A stretch of 64,000 nucleotides of DNA from Raillietiella orientalis (GCA_036172245.1 JAYWIR010000006.1:3348001-3412000), one strand, 5' to 3'; positions 11,101-26,100 are shown, counted from the first letter of the stretch. Notes: generated by a model not told the origin, from the sequence alone. A program made the numbers and translations.

Positions 11101-14100
11101 CCCTGCTCCCTCCCTGCATTTGCTGGCAACCTCCGATTGCATCCCTCTGGGACGCTCCCTGTTTCCAGACGGGTCTCGCGGCAGTTCCCGAGGCAGCTCA
11201 ATAGGGCTCAGGGTCGGCTGGGGTGCTTCCTCACATTTCGATCCAAGACTCTTTTTCGAGTTCCCCCATCCACCACCCCTTCCTCTTTGCTCCCGAGGAG
11301 CTGCCGACATGCCTGTCTTCCTCCTCACGATCCCGTGGACCAGGAGGCTCAGCTACTTGCCGGCGCGACCGCCCGCCTTTGCCAAGTCGGAAACGGTGGT
11401 TTCCCTTCTGCGAGGAGTCTGGCAAGGACGTCTACTCGGCGAGGGATCGATCAGAGCCGGCCCTACCTTAATCTGCCTCCCGGTCGAGGATCCCATAAAT
11501 CAGCTAATTAAAGCCTCCTGCGACCCTTACCCGACGGCGGGAGCAATCAGAACGCTCCCAGATCGAAGCACAGAGATCGAGATAAATGAAGGATGCGCTG
11601 CCGGGTTCCGATCAAAAGTTCACGTCTGATAAAACCTGAGCTGGGGGAAGGGGCGTCTTCGTCCACGGGGTGGAAGGGGGGGAGCGAGCAGCGAGCGCAC
11701 GCTTGCTGGCGCTGCAAACGCGGGGGCTCGCCATCTTCGTGGCCCTCATGATGGCTGCAAATTGAAATGAATCCGCGCGGGTACGTCCATGCGCTCTCGT
11801 AGATGCCCGTTCCTGTGAAACCAGGAAACATCTGTAGTCGCCATCGTCTAGGGGGGAAGGGAGCGGCAAGGCCAAAAGTCAGAAGGGGAGGAGGAGGAGG
11901 AAGGGGAGAGGGGGAGAAGGGAGAAAGAAAGAGGAGGACCAGCGGTTCGTGATTTTCCTTCTCCCTCCTTCCTCGCTCTGAATTGGGAGGAGAGCGGTTG
12001 CCTGGGCAACGGAATCCGGTGTCTGCTCCTGCCCCGCATGAAGATTGCGAACCGCTGGTCAGCGTTGGCGGCAATGCTTGCGAGGATTCCAGAGAGAGTG
12101 TCCCCTTCCTCATTCCGCGTGGTGGTCAGCCGGGATATCCCGTGGTCGGGGTGCGGAAAGTTGTCGAGGGTGAAGTCATCCAAGAGTTTCTGTTCTCGGA
12201 GGCTCCTCCAGGATGGTCTCTTCGAGACTTCCAGCTCTTTTCCTCCCTTCCTGGACTCTTCTTGGGAAGGTGCGAGGCCTTGTAGCCTCGGAGTGCGACC
12301 AGGACACTCTCTCTACGCCCTGACAAGCTCGGGTATCACCGAAGGATGCAGACTCCTCTCGCGAGCGTCTCTGCTCCGCGGAGGAAGGGGAAACAGGTAG
12401 CTGGACGGGCAGGACCGCGCACCAGGAAACTCCCTCCCCTCTCCCGCTCCGGGAGGAACGTAGCAAAAGGCACTCCCCCGCGCTGCGTTCCTCCGCCCGA
12501 GGAGGAACGCAGCGCCGGCCGATGCGGCCCCCTACCGCCTCCTGGGCCTTCAAGGCGCCGGTCCATCCATTCGGTAGACGCACCGGGCCACCGCACTCCT
12601 GACCACCTCCACGCGGGGGAACGCAGCAGGGTGGTCTCACCTGACCTCAGCAGCCAGGAGGAGGGACGTCGCTCGCACCACACAGGGACCGGGAACCCGC
12701 GGTCAGTCACTCCTGCCTCTGGAATTCTATCAGTGACAGCTCTGTTCATCCGTTGGGCAGCACCAACTGTCAAATCTGGGTCCGTCGGCAAAACTCTATG
12801 AAGGGAGCCGGGGCGTAAGCTGTTGTTGGCATGGCAACCCTTCTTCCCGATAAAGTTCAGTGATTTCTGACACCTGAGCTCGAGACCCTGCCCTTCCGTG
12901 CCACACTGTCCCTCGCAAATGCGAGGAGTCCGTCTTCTTGAAAGGGGCTGTCTCCCGTGCCCCCCGTTCGGGGCACAATCTGCAGAGAGGTGGCTCGCCC
13001 TGCTGCCACTAGCGTGCTTGCTCTCATCCCCTCCATTGACCCAGATCGATGCTCGTTTCCCACGCGGGGTGATCTTCAAGATTGCGGGCCGGATCTGGAG
13101 TCTTTTCGCTCCGGAAAATGCTTGCGCCCGTGTCCATGGCAACGGATTCGTCTACGTCAACCAAGCGGTCAATTGGCCCGCTGTTTTTTTTCCCCCTTCT
13201 TTTTCTTGTTTTTCCTCTCAAAACGACCCCCTTTGTTTGCGCAGTTTCAATACTCTGCGCTGGATGTCAGGGGTGCAGCCGGTCTTTAAAGATGGTGTAT
13301 GATAGGACAGCGCTTCCATCCTTGAAGGAGAGACCCTGGACAGTATGCGAAGGCGGACACTGAGAAATGTCCATAAATTCCTAAAATATGTTCACGTCAG
13401 CTGAAGGAGAGGCGTGGGAGAGCACCGCAGATAGGAAACATCGACCTGAACGATGATGAATCATCCAGCGTCTGGAGCAGCCGCAGGATGATGACAGGGG
13501 ATTTTCCGATCGGTATTACGGAAAAGGGGAGAAGCCCTCCAAATTCCAAGGATATATCAGTCATCGTCCCGCAGAGAGGGCGACGAAGAACGCATGGCGA
13601 CTTCCCCTTCCACGAGAGGGAGAGGGGAAAACCGTACGTGACGGTTGCCCGGAAGAAGTTCCTGGTGCCAGCCAGCAGACAGAGAAACCACGCCACAACA
13701 AGCAGTGGATTAGCAGTCGCCGTCTCTGCACCCAGTGCAGTCGGGACGTCCACCAGGTGCCCGGACTGGGAATCCCCTGCACGACCGCACGCATGCTGGC
13801 AGCACGACCGAGCGGTCGGCAGCCGCGGCAATGCCCATGACGGCGCTCCAGACCAGCGGCGACGAGAGAGCCTACTCGCCGAAAGCGAGGGGCCACGGGT
13901 TCTAATCCCTGCAGGCGCACCTTCCCAGCAGAGTCCGTGTCTCAGCCAGGCACACTTTCCACGGAGAGGGAGCTGAGCAGGCGGAGGAGACGGTCGATGC
14001 CGGGTGCCCTGCAAGAGCCGGGGAGCCCGGGTGCGAAGGAAGGAACGCGACCTTGATGCGGAAAGACCACGGCACATTGCCGTCCAGAGTCCAGCACAGA

Positions 14101-17100
14101 GCCGCGAACATCTGCCGGGCGCATGCTGCGTACGACCGAGTCGCCGCCGGAGCCGCGACGGGCCTCTTCACCCTTCTTCGTACGCCCCGCGCGGCGACAG
14201 CGCCGGGGAGCGCGCGCGCACTTGACCCAGCGGCGGCGAGAGAGAGACACCCTGCGGCGAGCGAAAGGCCTCAGGTTTCGAATCCTCTCCACGAGGAGCC
14301 ACTGCCCCACCTCTCGGACGACCCGCCGCGTAACAGCGCTTGACAGCGAGGAAGGGAGGGCGGCGGAAGCTACGGAAACTTCCCGCACCCTTCGCATCCC
14401 TCAATGGTAGGGCTGATCCTTCCAGCTTCCATTCCTTCGTGGAAGAGTCGCCGGAAGCAGGACAAGATTCTGGGGACCCGGGAAACCCCGGGCAGCTGTG
14501 GTGGCACCGCAGAACAGCTCCAAGCTTCTTCACCTTCGGCAGCATCGCGGATGCGGGGGAGGTGTCTCCAGGATAGACTCTGCTCCGCCAGGGGCGATGA
14601 AAAAGACGACGTCGCCTGCACAGCGGGAGGACCGAGAAGCCGCAGAAGGAAACAACCGGCGCCGAGAGCGACACCGCGAGGTAAGGTTTCCCCGCTTCCC
14701 GCAATATTTTATTCATTCATCCGTCTTTCGCTTCTCGGAATGGTCCACTTTTGGAGCATGGGTCGCTCGCGCGTCGAAAGCCAACTCGAGGTGGATTTTC
14801 GGACGCCTCCCTTACGATGCGACGAGAAATCCCCGTCGCAGGGATTTCTTTGAAACTCGGGAAATCCGCTCGAGGCGCGGTTTGCCCAGATGCGCGGAGG
14901 GATGCGGAGCGTGGCTCGTCCCCAAAGATGGCGGGGAAGATAGCCCTCTGCTCGCTTCCGTCCTCTCCGAACAACAACAGCAAGTGTTTGGAGTCCCTGT
15001 TCCCGGAAACACCTGCTCCCCCGTAAGGAGACGTCCGGGGATGATGGTAGGGACGAAATCCCCCTCGAACCACTCCTCAGGGAGCGTTTTCGCGTGTTTT
15101 TGGAGGAGGAATCGAAAGCAATCGACCCGGCAGTCGCGGACAACCCGCTGTTTCTCTCCTCGCGGCAGGAAAACGCGCTGTTCGGTCCTCCATCGATCGG
15201 CGCCGTGCAACGGGGAACACCACCCACAAGCGAGCGAGGGTGGTGTCGCGCGCACCAATGCGCACGGCGGGCTTTGCAGCCCGAGATGCGAGGTGGGGTG
15301 CGAAGGCGGAGCGGAACAGCAAGGGAAAAACTCGAACGGACACTTCCGCGTCCGGCCAGCCACTCGGAGCCTTTCGGGCGCGATCCCCGGTCCAGATCAG
15401 GGGCCAAAAAACTGCACCTGTTGCAGCTGCTCGGCACGAAAGTAAGCAGATCTTGCGCGATAGGGACAGAGGGAGAGAGGGGGGGGGGGCGAGAAAAAGA
15501 TCCGAGTTTCCCGCCGCGATTTCGCAGCATCACCTCCGAAGCCGCAAACGGGAGGAGGAGCGGGGCTGCCACCACCAAACGACCACCTTCGGCTTGCAGC
15601 CGAGATGCGAGCGCTCCAGAGCATCGTTCTTTCCCATCCGCGGAGGAAGGCGTCGTCGTCTCGGATGGCGGTCTTTTCGAGAAAACAGCTTCCAGGTATC
15701 GGCGGTTTGCGAGCGAAGCCCCTATTTTAATATTCTGATCATTGCTACCGGAAGAATGGATCCAGGGGAGGAGGGGAAAGGGTGGGGAGAGGGAAAAAAC
15801 CTCTTATTATTTTCGAATTGGGGAAATGGGAGTGGACACGGCGTTCCTGGTTTCAATAAATGTCTCCAAGGGCACTTCGGCCGCGATCGCGAATCTCTGC
15901 GCGAGTCGGCTGCTGCATTTGCAGCTTTTTCTGTCCGTCCCACGAAACTCCGGATGCGATGAAGCAGGATCTCTGGGATGGTTCAGTGGATCTTCGAGCA
16001 GTGAGGAGCGCGTCCTCTCATGGTGACACCCCAGCGCCGACCGAGCGGAAGACGGTCGGGAACAAGAAGGAAGGGGAAGGGGTAGGAGGGGGAGGGAACA
16101 GTAGCGATGCTCCCCACACTCGGGTGAAAAGCGGCTCCTCTCTCTCATCCTTCCTCTCGCATCCCGGAAAAGAGTGAGGCCAGGGCTTTGCGGGAGCAAA
16201 GCTACTGGCCTCACTCTTTCCGCGCCCCAGGCTACTTCCGGTCTTCTCCCCTGGGGCGCGGAAAACCACTTACTTGAGGTCCAGCTCGTCTGGGTTCTCC
16301 GCCTTGAAGTCGTAGAGCACGGCGTAGATGCTGGCGGGCAGGAGCCGATGGACGCGGCTCTGGAAGACAAAGAGCATTGCACCATCCCCACCACGCTTGT
16401 GTCCCCAAGAGTGGATCCCGCGCCCGCCCTACGAGCACGATCCAAGTGCGGCAGGCAAAATGAGAACAGCGACAACCTGGGGGCCTCCTTTTGCTTGCCC
16501 GCGGAACACCCACGCCGGATCAGCGCGTTCCTCTCCGGCAGAGGAGCGAGCTCAAAAAAAACAGGGAAGGAGGCGGTCTCCACTCGACCGCCCTTTCTCG
16601 CGCGTCCCGGCGGGATCACTGGCCGTTCATGAAACGGTCCTCGAGAGAACGGAGGAAAAGGGGAGTTTTGGTCCAACAGTTCTCGAGATCCCTGCTTTCC
16701 TCTCCCTCGCTTCCAGGATCCCCAACTAATCCGAACTTTCGTTCCTCGTCGCACTTCCTGCAATGGCCGCCAGGTGTGCTGTGTCCTGTGAGTGGTGTCT
16801 GCTCTTGGTGAGTACACGTGTATGTGTGCTCCCTTGTGTATATGCAAGTTGTACGCAATGGAGCCAACGACCATGACTCCCGAGCCTCGCGGTGAGAGGC
16901 GAGACCGCAGAGGGAAGCAGGGAAAGAGCGGAAGAGCATCCCGCAAAAGGAGGACCCGGAAGAGGGGAAAGGAGTAGCCTTCGCGGCTACAAAAGCGCTG
17001 CATCAACAGGCACCAGAAGTCTCCCGAAGAACGGGCCGCGTTGGTGACGGAGGACGGCGACTCTTGTAGCCGGGCCTAGGCCTCCTAGTTGCAACGCCTC

Positions 17101-20100
17101 GACAGCGAGCGCGCGCACGACCACCGCACGCATTGGAGGGTACAGAGGGCGGTGTGAGAGCCTGAGGTTACTTTCCGGATCAGTTGAGCGACCATTCACA
17201 AGCACACACCGTTCCGGTGGTGACCAGGTGGCATCGCAAAGCTGCACGCCGCACAGCAAACGCTACTCCGTGATCTTGCAGAGCCAGACGGACAAAGTTC
17301 CACGAATCATGACACCCGCTCCTCATACGGTGCCGCGCCGAGTGCATCTGAGCAGTGCATCTTCCCCACAAATCCATGAAGCGGCTCTCCGAGTGTTCAA
17401 TTTTCCGGAAGCTGCGCGTCTTCGTCCGAAATTCTGCTGGACTGCTGAGTCCGAGTTGCAGTGACATGCTACCCTGACCTTCCGCTGTCTATAGAAAAAA
17501 AAAAAAAAGAGGAACCACACCGAGGTGTGGATCTTCGGCAAACGTGCCTGTCTGTGGCGCCTGCCCCAGAGACACTTGCTGCTTGTGCCAGGTGTATTGT
17601 ATCAAAAAGGAAAACTGGAACACCCACACACCCCAACCAGTCAGCGTCAGCGGCCAAAAACGAGGCATCTGTCTGAACGCACTGGAGGACGCCTTGGTGT
17701 CACTAGAAGTGTCTTCCTGAGCAGGGCGGCGACGACTTCGCTTCCGGAACGCTCACTTGGAAGACCCGCAGAACGCTTGTTGCCACCACCCACCACCGGC
17801 TTGGTTCCGACGGTTTCCCGCAGAAGGAAAGGAAGAGAAAGGCAGGGTCTGCACAGAGGCCACTCCCTCTATGGTTTCCCTTCCACGTGGGAAAAATTCG
17901 ACTTCGGATTGCCTCTCTTCCTACTCGTGCGGCGTGGTCCGTCCGCGAAAATGGGAGATCCGGCGCTCTTCTCATTCCGGAGCGTTCGGAAGATCCGTAA
18001 GGAGGTTCCTTTTCTTCCCTTGTGAGCAACGAGCGCGCCGGCAGGGTCGTTCCTTCCCCCTACGACAGGGGGTCCGGGGAGCCATTAGAATGAATCAGTG
18101 GTGGAGCGTGCCGAGTTCCTTCCTGCATCACCACGCCTCCTACCTTCTGTGCCCTGAGGCAAGCACAAAGCATAGAAGAGACGGAGCGTCCCTTCCTGTA
18201 CAGCGCTGAGGACGAAGGTGACCGAGTGAATCCCTTCATCCGAAGAGACGGTTCCCGCGCCACTGTGCACGGAGGATACCGATCCCTTTCCAATCATGCA
18301 TGTGGTAGTGCGGCTCTTGGATCTCTCGTTTCTCCAGCAGCGCGCCGCCTTCCTGCGAGGCTAGAAAATTCGCCCTTGGCCCCCGCGTCGCGAGCCTGCA
18401 GCGGCCCTCTCATTCGTGTTGCTTTTTCAGCTTTCTTTGCCCTCTCCAAGACACAACGGGACGTTCGCTCCAGCGATTGCAAAAACCCCACGGTTCCCGG
18501 ATCCTGGGCGACCTTCCTACTCTCGACCACCCCTCCAACATCATTGCTGGTCACTGCCCATTTGCCTTCCTCCGTTGCATGTTGTCCGCTAGCAGAAAAC
18601 CTTTGAGGTGCTTTCGATTCAAAGCATGCCGAGGACCTTCGATTGGGAGGAGACTCATGGCTCGCGGTGCGGCCCAGCTGCTCTTCAGGACATCCGAAAA
18701 TCCGTTTTGGTGTCTTTTTGCTGCTCATCCTTCGAGGAAGCCTCTGATCTTCGGAGGAGCGATGCCGGAACTCACCACCCGAGCACGCCTACTCCGCAAA
18801 TGCATCGGGCTCACCCCTAGGATGAGAGGCAGTGGGCAAATTCTGGCGGGCGCTGAACTCCAGATTCTCTCCTCTCTGATGAGAGAGGGAAGATTCTGCC
18901 TCTTCGAGCGTGGGAAAGGTGGTAGCTTGAAAACAAGGAAAACAGGAGTGGTCTGATTATGGCCGTCTCAGCCTGCTGACCTCTTGATCGACTGGACTCC
19001 GGCGTGCGACCGTGCTCAGGTGACAGCCCAGATGCCGAGATGAAGCATCCCCTGCATCTCATCCTATTCTCCAGGCTCGGAACAAATGGAAGCGTCCCTG
19101 GACTCCGATGTCTTCCAGCCAAACTGTTCTCTTCTGATTTTCCCTCGGACCCGAAGGAGGAGAGAGGGAGGAGGGGGAAAGAACCCTTTCCAGGGCAACT
19201 CCCCTTCTTCTATCCTCCCCTTACGCTTGCAGTCTTCGGTCTCAAAGGAATGCTCTGGGAGCTGCTCTATCATCCGGACTGCGGGGAACCATTTGGAAAA
19301 TCTGTCCTCGCCGTCTGAGCGCTCAAATCGCCATTCCCGACAGCTCACTCGTGGCGTAACACACGCCTCTGCATCCTCATCATCTTGCCCCTGGTCCCTC
19401 CTGCAATATATTTCTCACGTGTCGTGGTTGTGGGAAGATCATTAGTTTCCTTCACAAGATGCTTCCGATACGACGGTGCGAGACTGGGATAAGAAGTCAG
19501 AGACTGTCTGTCCACTCCTGGACCGCCGATCCGAAAGTTTCATTCTGCTTGCGCCTTCGTCGGCCGTAATACACCCTCACGTGCCATCAAGCGGACGATG
19601 ACGCCGTTGCGCTGGTGGCTTCTGGAGCTTTCCAGATGCTGGACTCAACCTCTCGAAGTGATTGCTCCCGGATCTTCCATTCTTCTCCTGTTAACTGTGG
19701 GATGTTCTGATAGCTACGGTCCGGTCGCTGTTACTCTCGCGTGGTGATTCCAGATATTCTAGCACTGCTCTTTCCATGAACGTCTTCTATTCCATCGGGC
19801 TCCTCGCGTTCTCTCCAAGTTCAGTGACCTTTCATGTGGTCGCTTCTCACTTGCGTCAGTGTTTTCGGCCGCACAAGATGGCGTTCCTTCCAGATTTCAA
19901 AGTGAAGTGCGGACACAAAGCTTCTAGGGATCCCGAGGAAAGTGCAAACAGTATCACTCCAAGCAGGTCCAGTCGTCATCCAGTCCCACTCTCGAATGTT
20001 GTCATAAAAGCGACTGCTGCTTCACGCAAGATTGAACTAGGAGACTCGATTTTCAAAAGCGGGAAAGTTCTCATCAAAGGTGGGTGAAATCAGCACGGGA

Positions 20101-23100
20101 AAATGCCAACCGGTTGCGAAGGAACCTGCTCCTGCGCCTGCAAAGAACGGTTCCGATTTCTCTTTGCACCCCAGAAGGAAATGCTTTGAGCGGATGCAGG
20201 GACGAGGCGAGGCATCGAGGCACACGACCTTCGCGCTTGGAAATTCATGCCAGCGTGGTAGTTTGACGCCCTGTTGGCAGCTCAATTACTCCGGATGGAA
20301 CTTCCCTCCGGATTTCTGCGCCCTTGGAGCGAATCATCCCCACCATTTTGTGTTCTTCCTGCTCCTTGCTCGATCTGTTCCGATGATTTCTTTCCGTGTG
20401 ACTGGATGGCACTTTTAAGCTGTAAGGTAGAAAGTTGACACCTGCGAGAGACGCGAGAAGGGTGATGGGGAATTTCGGTCGCGTGCCTCGGGTAGTGCCA
20501 GCGCTAACAAGAACGCAAGAGTTTACATTCCAAGGAGGTTCTGAAGGGGAGATGACGTCACACTGCCATGCGAGAGGAAGAAAGGGATGAGGTTAAGGGA
20601 TGAAAAGCACTGGAGGAATGCGGCGCGCTCGAAGATGTGGGAGCGCGAAGATCCAGGTTGACCCAATAAGTCATCAGAGCACGCTTCGAGTGATCCCAGG
20701 TCGGAATTCGTGGCTTCGAAGTCAACAGCTCTTGCCAGTTGTCGAGGAAGGAGATCTTCTTGAATCCCGCGTGGCCTGCAGCAGCCCTGGTTGAATTCGT
20801 ACCGTGATCTGATCGCTTTGCTTTTTCCAAACCCTTCATTCATCCAAACCGAGCCATTGTCGGCTTTTGCGACTGCCCGTTTCGTGCTCAGAGCCGGGCA
20901 AGTATCTGCTCCCGGTTCTGAGCGGAAGATTGCTTCAGGAGCGAACAGTTCCTCTTGCACTGCTTGTCAGAGGTCAGAGGTCATTTGGAAAGCGACTTCT
21001 TTTTGTTTGTTTCTGTGTTTTTGGCATCCAAGAGCAGCCTCCGAGACCAAACAACCCCTCGCAGTGACCCATATGTCCTCACCACACCTTCCAGACACGG
21101 ACATCTGCAGGCGCGTGTCTAGAAGGTGCAAATTTTCCGAAAGACCGCTCTTTGGCCTCTTTCTCTTAATGAGTCCACTCTGCACCATCAACCTCTACAT
21201 TTTCGTATTTCACACTCCAATTTTCTAAGAGCTTCCAAACTGCTCCTTCTGGTAAGCCTGGTGAGAGATCGAAGAGGGAGTTTTCCGAACGCCCAACGTC
21301 TTCCTCTTCTCGGTAGCAGCAGTCCGCGTCTTGGATGGAAGTTCGTCCGGTAGGCAGCAGCGAGGGATGGAAGACTAAAGGCGTGCCCATCCGCTCCCGT
21401 CGCGATATCAAGTGCGCGAGGAGGGATGCGAGCGGCTCGACACCCTGTCACCCCCACCCCCGCGGGAAGGAGTCCGCAGGTGAGACTCTGAACTCCCTGT
21501 GCAACCGCTTCATGCGATGCTCACGCACGATGCACGTGAGATGCGATGTGCGCACGCTCGCGGGGCGAAGTGCAAGCATGCACACGAACCCTCCTCGACT
21601 TCCTCGCTCCCGAAGCACACGTTTGTGCGAATGTCGCAGCCGGGACGCCGGCTCGTGCGTAGCTGGTGCAGGTGGGGGCTCAAGGACGCGCGAGGAGGAG
21701 CTGGCGACTTGCCTTCAAGTTATTAGGTCTGCAGAGCTCCTGACCAGCCATTCATCTTCGTCCCCGCCCGCTCGACACGGGGTCATCAGCTCAAGGAAGA
21801 TTCATTGCCGCGTCTGCTGCCTCCCTCGTCTTTAATGAAACTTTCACTACGCCCATCGTCGCCTCCCAGGGTCAGAAGGGTTGAAGCCTCCCAGATGCGC
21901 CGCCCTCGGCCCCCGGGGACGCACGGAGCTGCCTGACCTCTTCCCCCACCCTTCGCAGAAGGCAGCACGTTGCTTACACGCTCTCTCCGCCCGGTGTCCT
22001 TCGGGAGAAGATGCCGCTCTCGGTGTCTCCGGGAGCGAAATGTCACCGCCAAGGCTCGTCGCTTCGAGCCGCGCGGAGAGGACGCTGGCCGACGCCTTGA
22101 GGAGAGGATGGGTGGAGGGGTGGGGAAGGAGAACTTAGGGAAAAGTGTTTAGAGTCTCTCGAGCCGGTCGTCGTCGCCAAGGAGACTCCCCCGGAGTGGC
22201 GGTCGAATCACAGGGCGCACAGGATTCCTGCGGCTTTCGCTTTTCGAGGCGGGTGTGCCGAACCCTACCGCAAGAAGGGAGCTCTCGGAGGGCGAGTTCG
22301 CCCTCCGAGAGCCCCCACCCCCACTCCCGCTCACCTTGTTGCTGGGCGACGTGCATGGGGACGCTTCCGAGCTGAGCGACTTATCCACGTCGTCGGGAAG
22401 CTCCACGGAGTTCATGCGTAGGCTCTTAGAGAAGGCGTGGTGGCGGCTCTGCACCGGGCTGCAGGGAGCTGCGGGAGACACGAGAAAGGGGCAACCCTCA
22501 TTAAAAGGGAAGCGATCCCGGGAGAAGAAGGCTGAGCGCGCGGGGCTCTCAACAGCACAGGCAGACCATGCGTAAGAGCGCACATGCTCTTGGGGGGAAA
22601 GAAGGAGATGAAAGCAGCTCGGCATACAGGGGCTGCGGGAAAGGTGGTGGAGGCCGCTGCGGAGGAACGTCCGGAGGTTTCCCAGGAGGCGCTGTCAGCT
22701 GCCCTGGGAAGAAGCGAGAGGGCGCGCCCGAGAGCTGAAGTTCCGCGCAAGCGGACCTCTCCCTCCTCCCCTATGCTTTGCGTCCACTCCATTTCGCGCC
22801 TTCGCAACCGGTAGGAGCGAGAGTCGCCGTCGCTCGAGGGAACGGGTGGCGGTTTCGCAGCCGCAATGCTCGCCCCAGTGGCTCCTAAGAGTGCAAGTCT
22901 CTGCCCTGGCAACAGCAGGAGCAACGGTGGTGACCGTGGAAACCGTGTGGTGGCAATGGCAGCATTGGCGGTGGCGGGCGATGACAGCAAAACGCTCCAA
23001 CAACGACGGCAAATAGCTAGCAATCGTAGTAATAATAACGGCACCAATGGTAGTAATTAGATAGGAGTGATGGTAGCAGAGATAGTGGCAGTAATAGCAG

Positions 23101-26100
23101 GGATAATAGTAATGCGATTAGTATCACCACGGCTGCTGTCATTATCACCACTATCATCCTTGCTGTTGCTATTATTTCTGGCTGGGAATAGCAATGACGG
23201 TAGTAGTAATGGCAGCAGTAGTGATAGTAGCAGCAGCAGCAGCAGTAGAAGTAGCAACAGTAGTGGCAGTAGCAGCAGCAACAGTAGTAGTGGTAGAGAT
23301 GATAATCATAATAGTAGTAGTAGCAGGAGCAGCAGCGATAGCCGTGGTGTAATGGTAGCAGTGATATTAACCATCACGAGGCCGTAGCAGAAGTATCGGC
23401 GGGTGGTGGTGGTGGTGACGACCAGTGATGGCGGCGACAGCCAGTCGGTCGGCCGGCGTGGCGGCGCTTCGCCCCGAGTCCCTCGAGAGCCGAGAGGGGA
23501 GGGCGAGCTGCTTCCCGAAGGCTCGAAGGGTGGAGGGCGGCTATTGCGGCGCGACGGAACTGCGACGTTTCCTCCGTGACCCTCGTCGTTTGCGCGTCTT
23601 CGCTTGCCTGCGCACATCCTGGGCTCTCTGTGCGCGCCGCACGGAAAGACGTCGCCCCGCTGCTCCTCGGTCGGCGCCGGCTGCCGGCGCGCCACTCTCC
23701 ACGGAAGCTCGTCGCGTGGAAGGGCACCGAGCGGACCTCGAGGGCGTCGGAGGGGCAGAATCGAAACGAGTCTCCCCCTCCTGCACTCGCCACGCGCCTG
23801 TGCTCCTCCCCGCGCTCAAAAAACCCCTGGAACCCCTGCTTTGGCGAGGCGACCACCGACCCGACGGCTGCTTGATCCTCAGGACCGGGACCGAGCCCTG
23901 CCGGTTCACCACGTGAATCCCCCGTGGTGCTTTTGATCGCGTCGCCGCTTAACCGGGCCTCGGCTGTCGGGCGCGCGCGCGTCGAGTGCGGGGCAACCGC
24001 GGCAGGAGCCCGCGTGCACCCAGCTGACACCACCGCGAGTGGAGGCGAGTCGGTGCCAACCCATGCCCTGCCTCCAGCCGCGCCACCTTCAGGCAATCCG
24101 ATACATCGCGTTTCTTCTTGAAAAGCAGCGGCAGCAAGTGAATGCAGTGGTCCTCGATGCTGCGCGCTCTTCGCCCACGTCCACTGAGCGCTCTTCTCGC
24201 GCTCAGGAGACCGCTACAGCCTCCGCAGTGTCTTCCGCCACCCCACTCGGCCCACCTCACCCGCATCCTCACGCGCCTGCGCGGGTAGCGGACGACGCGG
24301 GCGTTCCCAGACGGAAGGTCTCTCCCTCCGGTGGAGCTCTTGAGAGGAGCCACGACGGCGCACACCCCGAACGATCCAGGGGCGCCGACGCCTATCACGA
24401 GCCTCCCCCATCCTGGTCCAGAGGACGGATGCGGGAATCCAGGGGTCATCCGCTCGCCTGCCGCTCCTTACGGGCCATTTTGAAGAGCGGCCCGCCATTG
24501 TTTAGGGCCGCTCTTTCGGAGGGAGGGCCGGCTGCTGCTCTGGCTCCGGAGTTCCATCAGTTGTGGGTCGCAGGAGCTCCCCCCTTCGACGGAGGCGCTT
24601 CCATCGCCTCCGGCTGACTCTTGGCGCGTCCTCCCGCCAGCACGCGGGCCGCTTTCTGGAATCGCCGAAAAACTCCCGTAGCTTTCTCCCGCCGCATCGA
24701 GGGGCGCGTATAAGGGACGTGCGCTGTCCTGAATCGCGACAGTGGCGGAACGAAGTCGCGGAGGAACGGCCGTCGCAGCTTCCCTACCCGAGAGGGGGTC
24801 ACCATCCGCCCCTTGGCCAATACACGAAGACACTGAAGGGGGGAAGGAGGAGGAGGAGGAGGAGGCCGGGTGCGAAGAATGGATGCGGCAGAAGGTGAGG
24901 GAGGAGGGGCTGAGAGCGTCCTCCGAAAGGGTTCCAAGCATAGAGGCGGGCAGGGAAGACAACAACAGCAACAACATGCACTAAACAATATGATTACACT
25001 GGCAAAAGGATGCATAGTTTCCTACAGCATTCTTGTATTTCCTCTGTCCTTCATCACGTGATTCCGGCGAGTCCAAGGAGAAACTCTTCATCTGAAGATT
25101 TAAGCGCTGGCCTCTTGGACTGTGGGGAGCTGGTCGGAGAAGAGTAAGACGAGATGAGAAGGAGGGCGCGGCAAAGGGTGGCACGGGCAAGGAAAACCGC
25201 GACAGGAAACGGTAGTACTCCCTGGCGTGTCCCGCGCACTGGTCGGTGACCACGCTGCGCGGCGCGCCACCGGAACGCAGGGGGGAAGGGGAGGAGTTGA
25301 CCCTGGGGGGCGCGCGCACGCTCAGCTGAGCACGGGATCCGCTCGGCAAGGGTGAGGCTGAGGCGACACCGCTGCCGGTGAGCGGACCGGCCATAGAGAC
25401 GGCAGCAGTGCCGCCTCGGGACGCGCGCGCGTCCGGATGCCGCGAAAGGATCACGATCGTTAGCAAAGGGAGGAGGAGGAGGAAGATGACATCAGGGGAG
25501 AGGTGAGCCCGGAGGCTCGTAAGCCCTTCTTCCCGCCTCTGCAAGAGCCCCCCCTCCGAAAGACGCGCTCTGAGGTTGCACCTCGCGAGTCCGCGGCTCT
25601 GAAGAGGCGTGATAGCAGACGAAGGATAGATGAAGGATTCGCCTTCGAGGGGAATGAAAAACTCCCACCCAATTCCACGCGTGAGCAGGAGGACCATGCG
25701 GTCGAAGAGAAACAGGAAGAGGAAGAGGAAGGGAAGAGGAGAAGAGAGGGAGGAGGAGGAGGAGGAAGGGAGGAAGGGAAGAGGAGGAGGAAGGAAAGAG
25801 GAGGAGAGCGAGAGGAGAGTTGAACAGGAAGCGTCGTGTCCATAAAAATGGCTGAAATGTGTTGATTGCAAAAGTTCCCTAGAGGGTTGGAAGCAAAAGG
25901 GGTGTGCACGAGAATGCCAGAATATCGAAAGCATTTTTCTTCTTCTTCTCTTCCTTTTTTTTCCGATTGGAATCCTTCATTCAGAAGGAGAGGCTGCATC
26001 TTTTCCAGTTAATCGAAGCGTTGGGGAAAGCAGAGTTCATGCATGGGAGGAAGACAGGAAGAACAAGGGAAGACGAATCATTGTGCGATTTTTCGGCTTC

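Noticed and set aside
8762..15738. Possible nested gene in the 7.9-kb SH3 intron
   Set aside because: Several plausible splice sites and ORFs, but no domain signature or phase-consistent chain; needs RNA-seq.
15807..17006. 399-aa minus-strand ORF
   Set aside because: It overlaps the real SH3 exon in a different frame and the rest is intron-like.
19500..19760. hAT-transposase-like peptide PQLTGEEWKI on the minus strand
   Set aside because: Too short, surrounded by stops, no other transposase motifs or TIRs.
25130..25934. Long open frame upstream of the 25129 exon
   Set aside because: Kept open by a polypyrimidine tract and GC richness; a good acceptor sits at 25130-25132.
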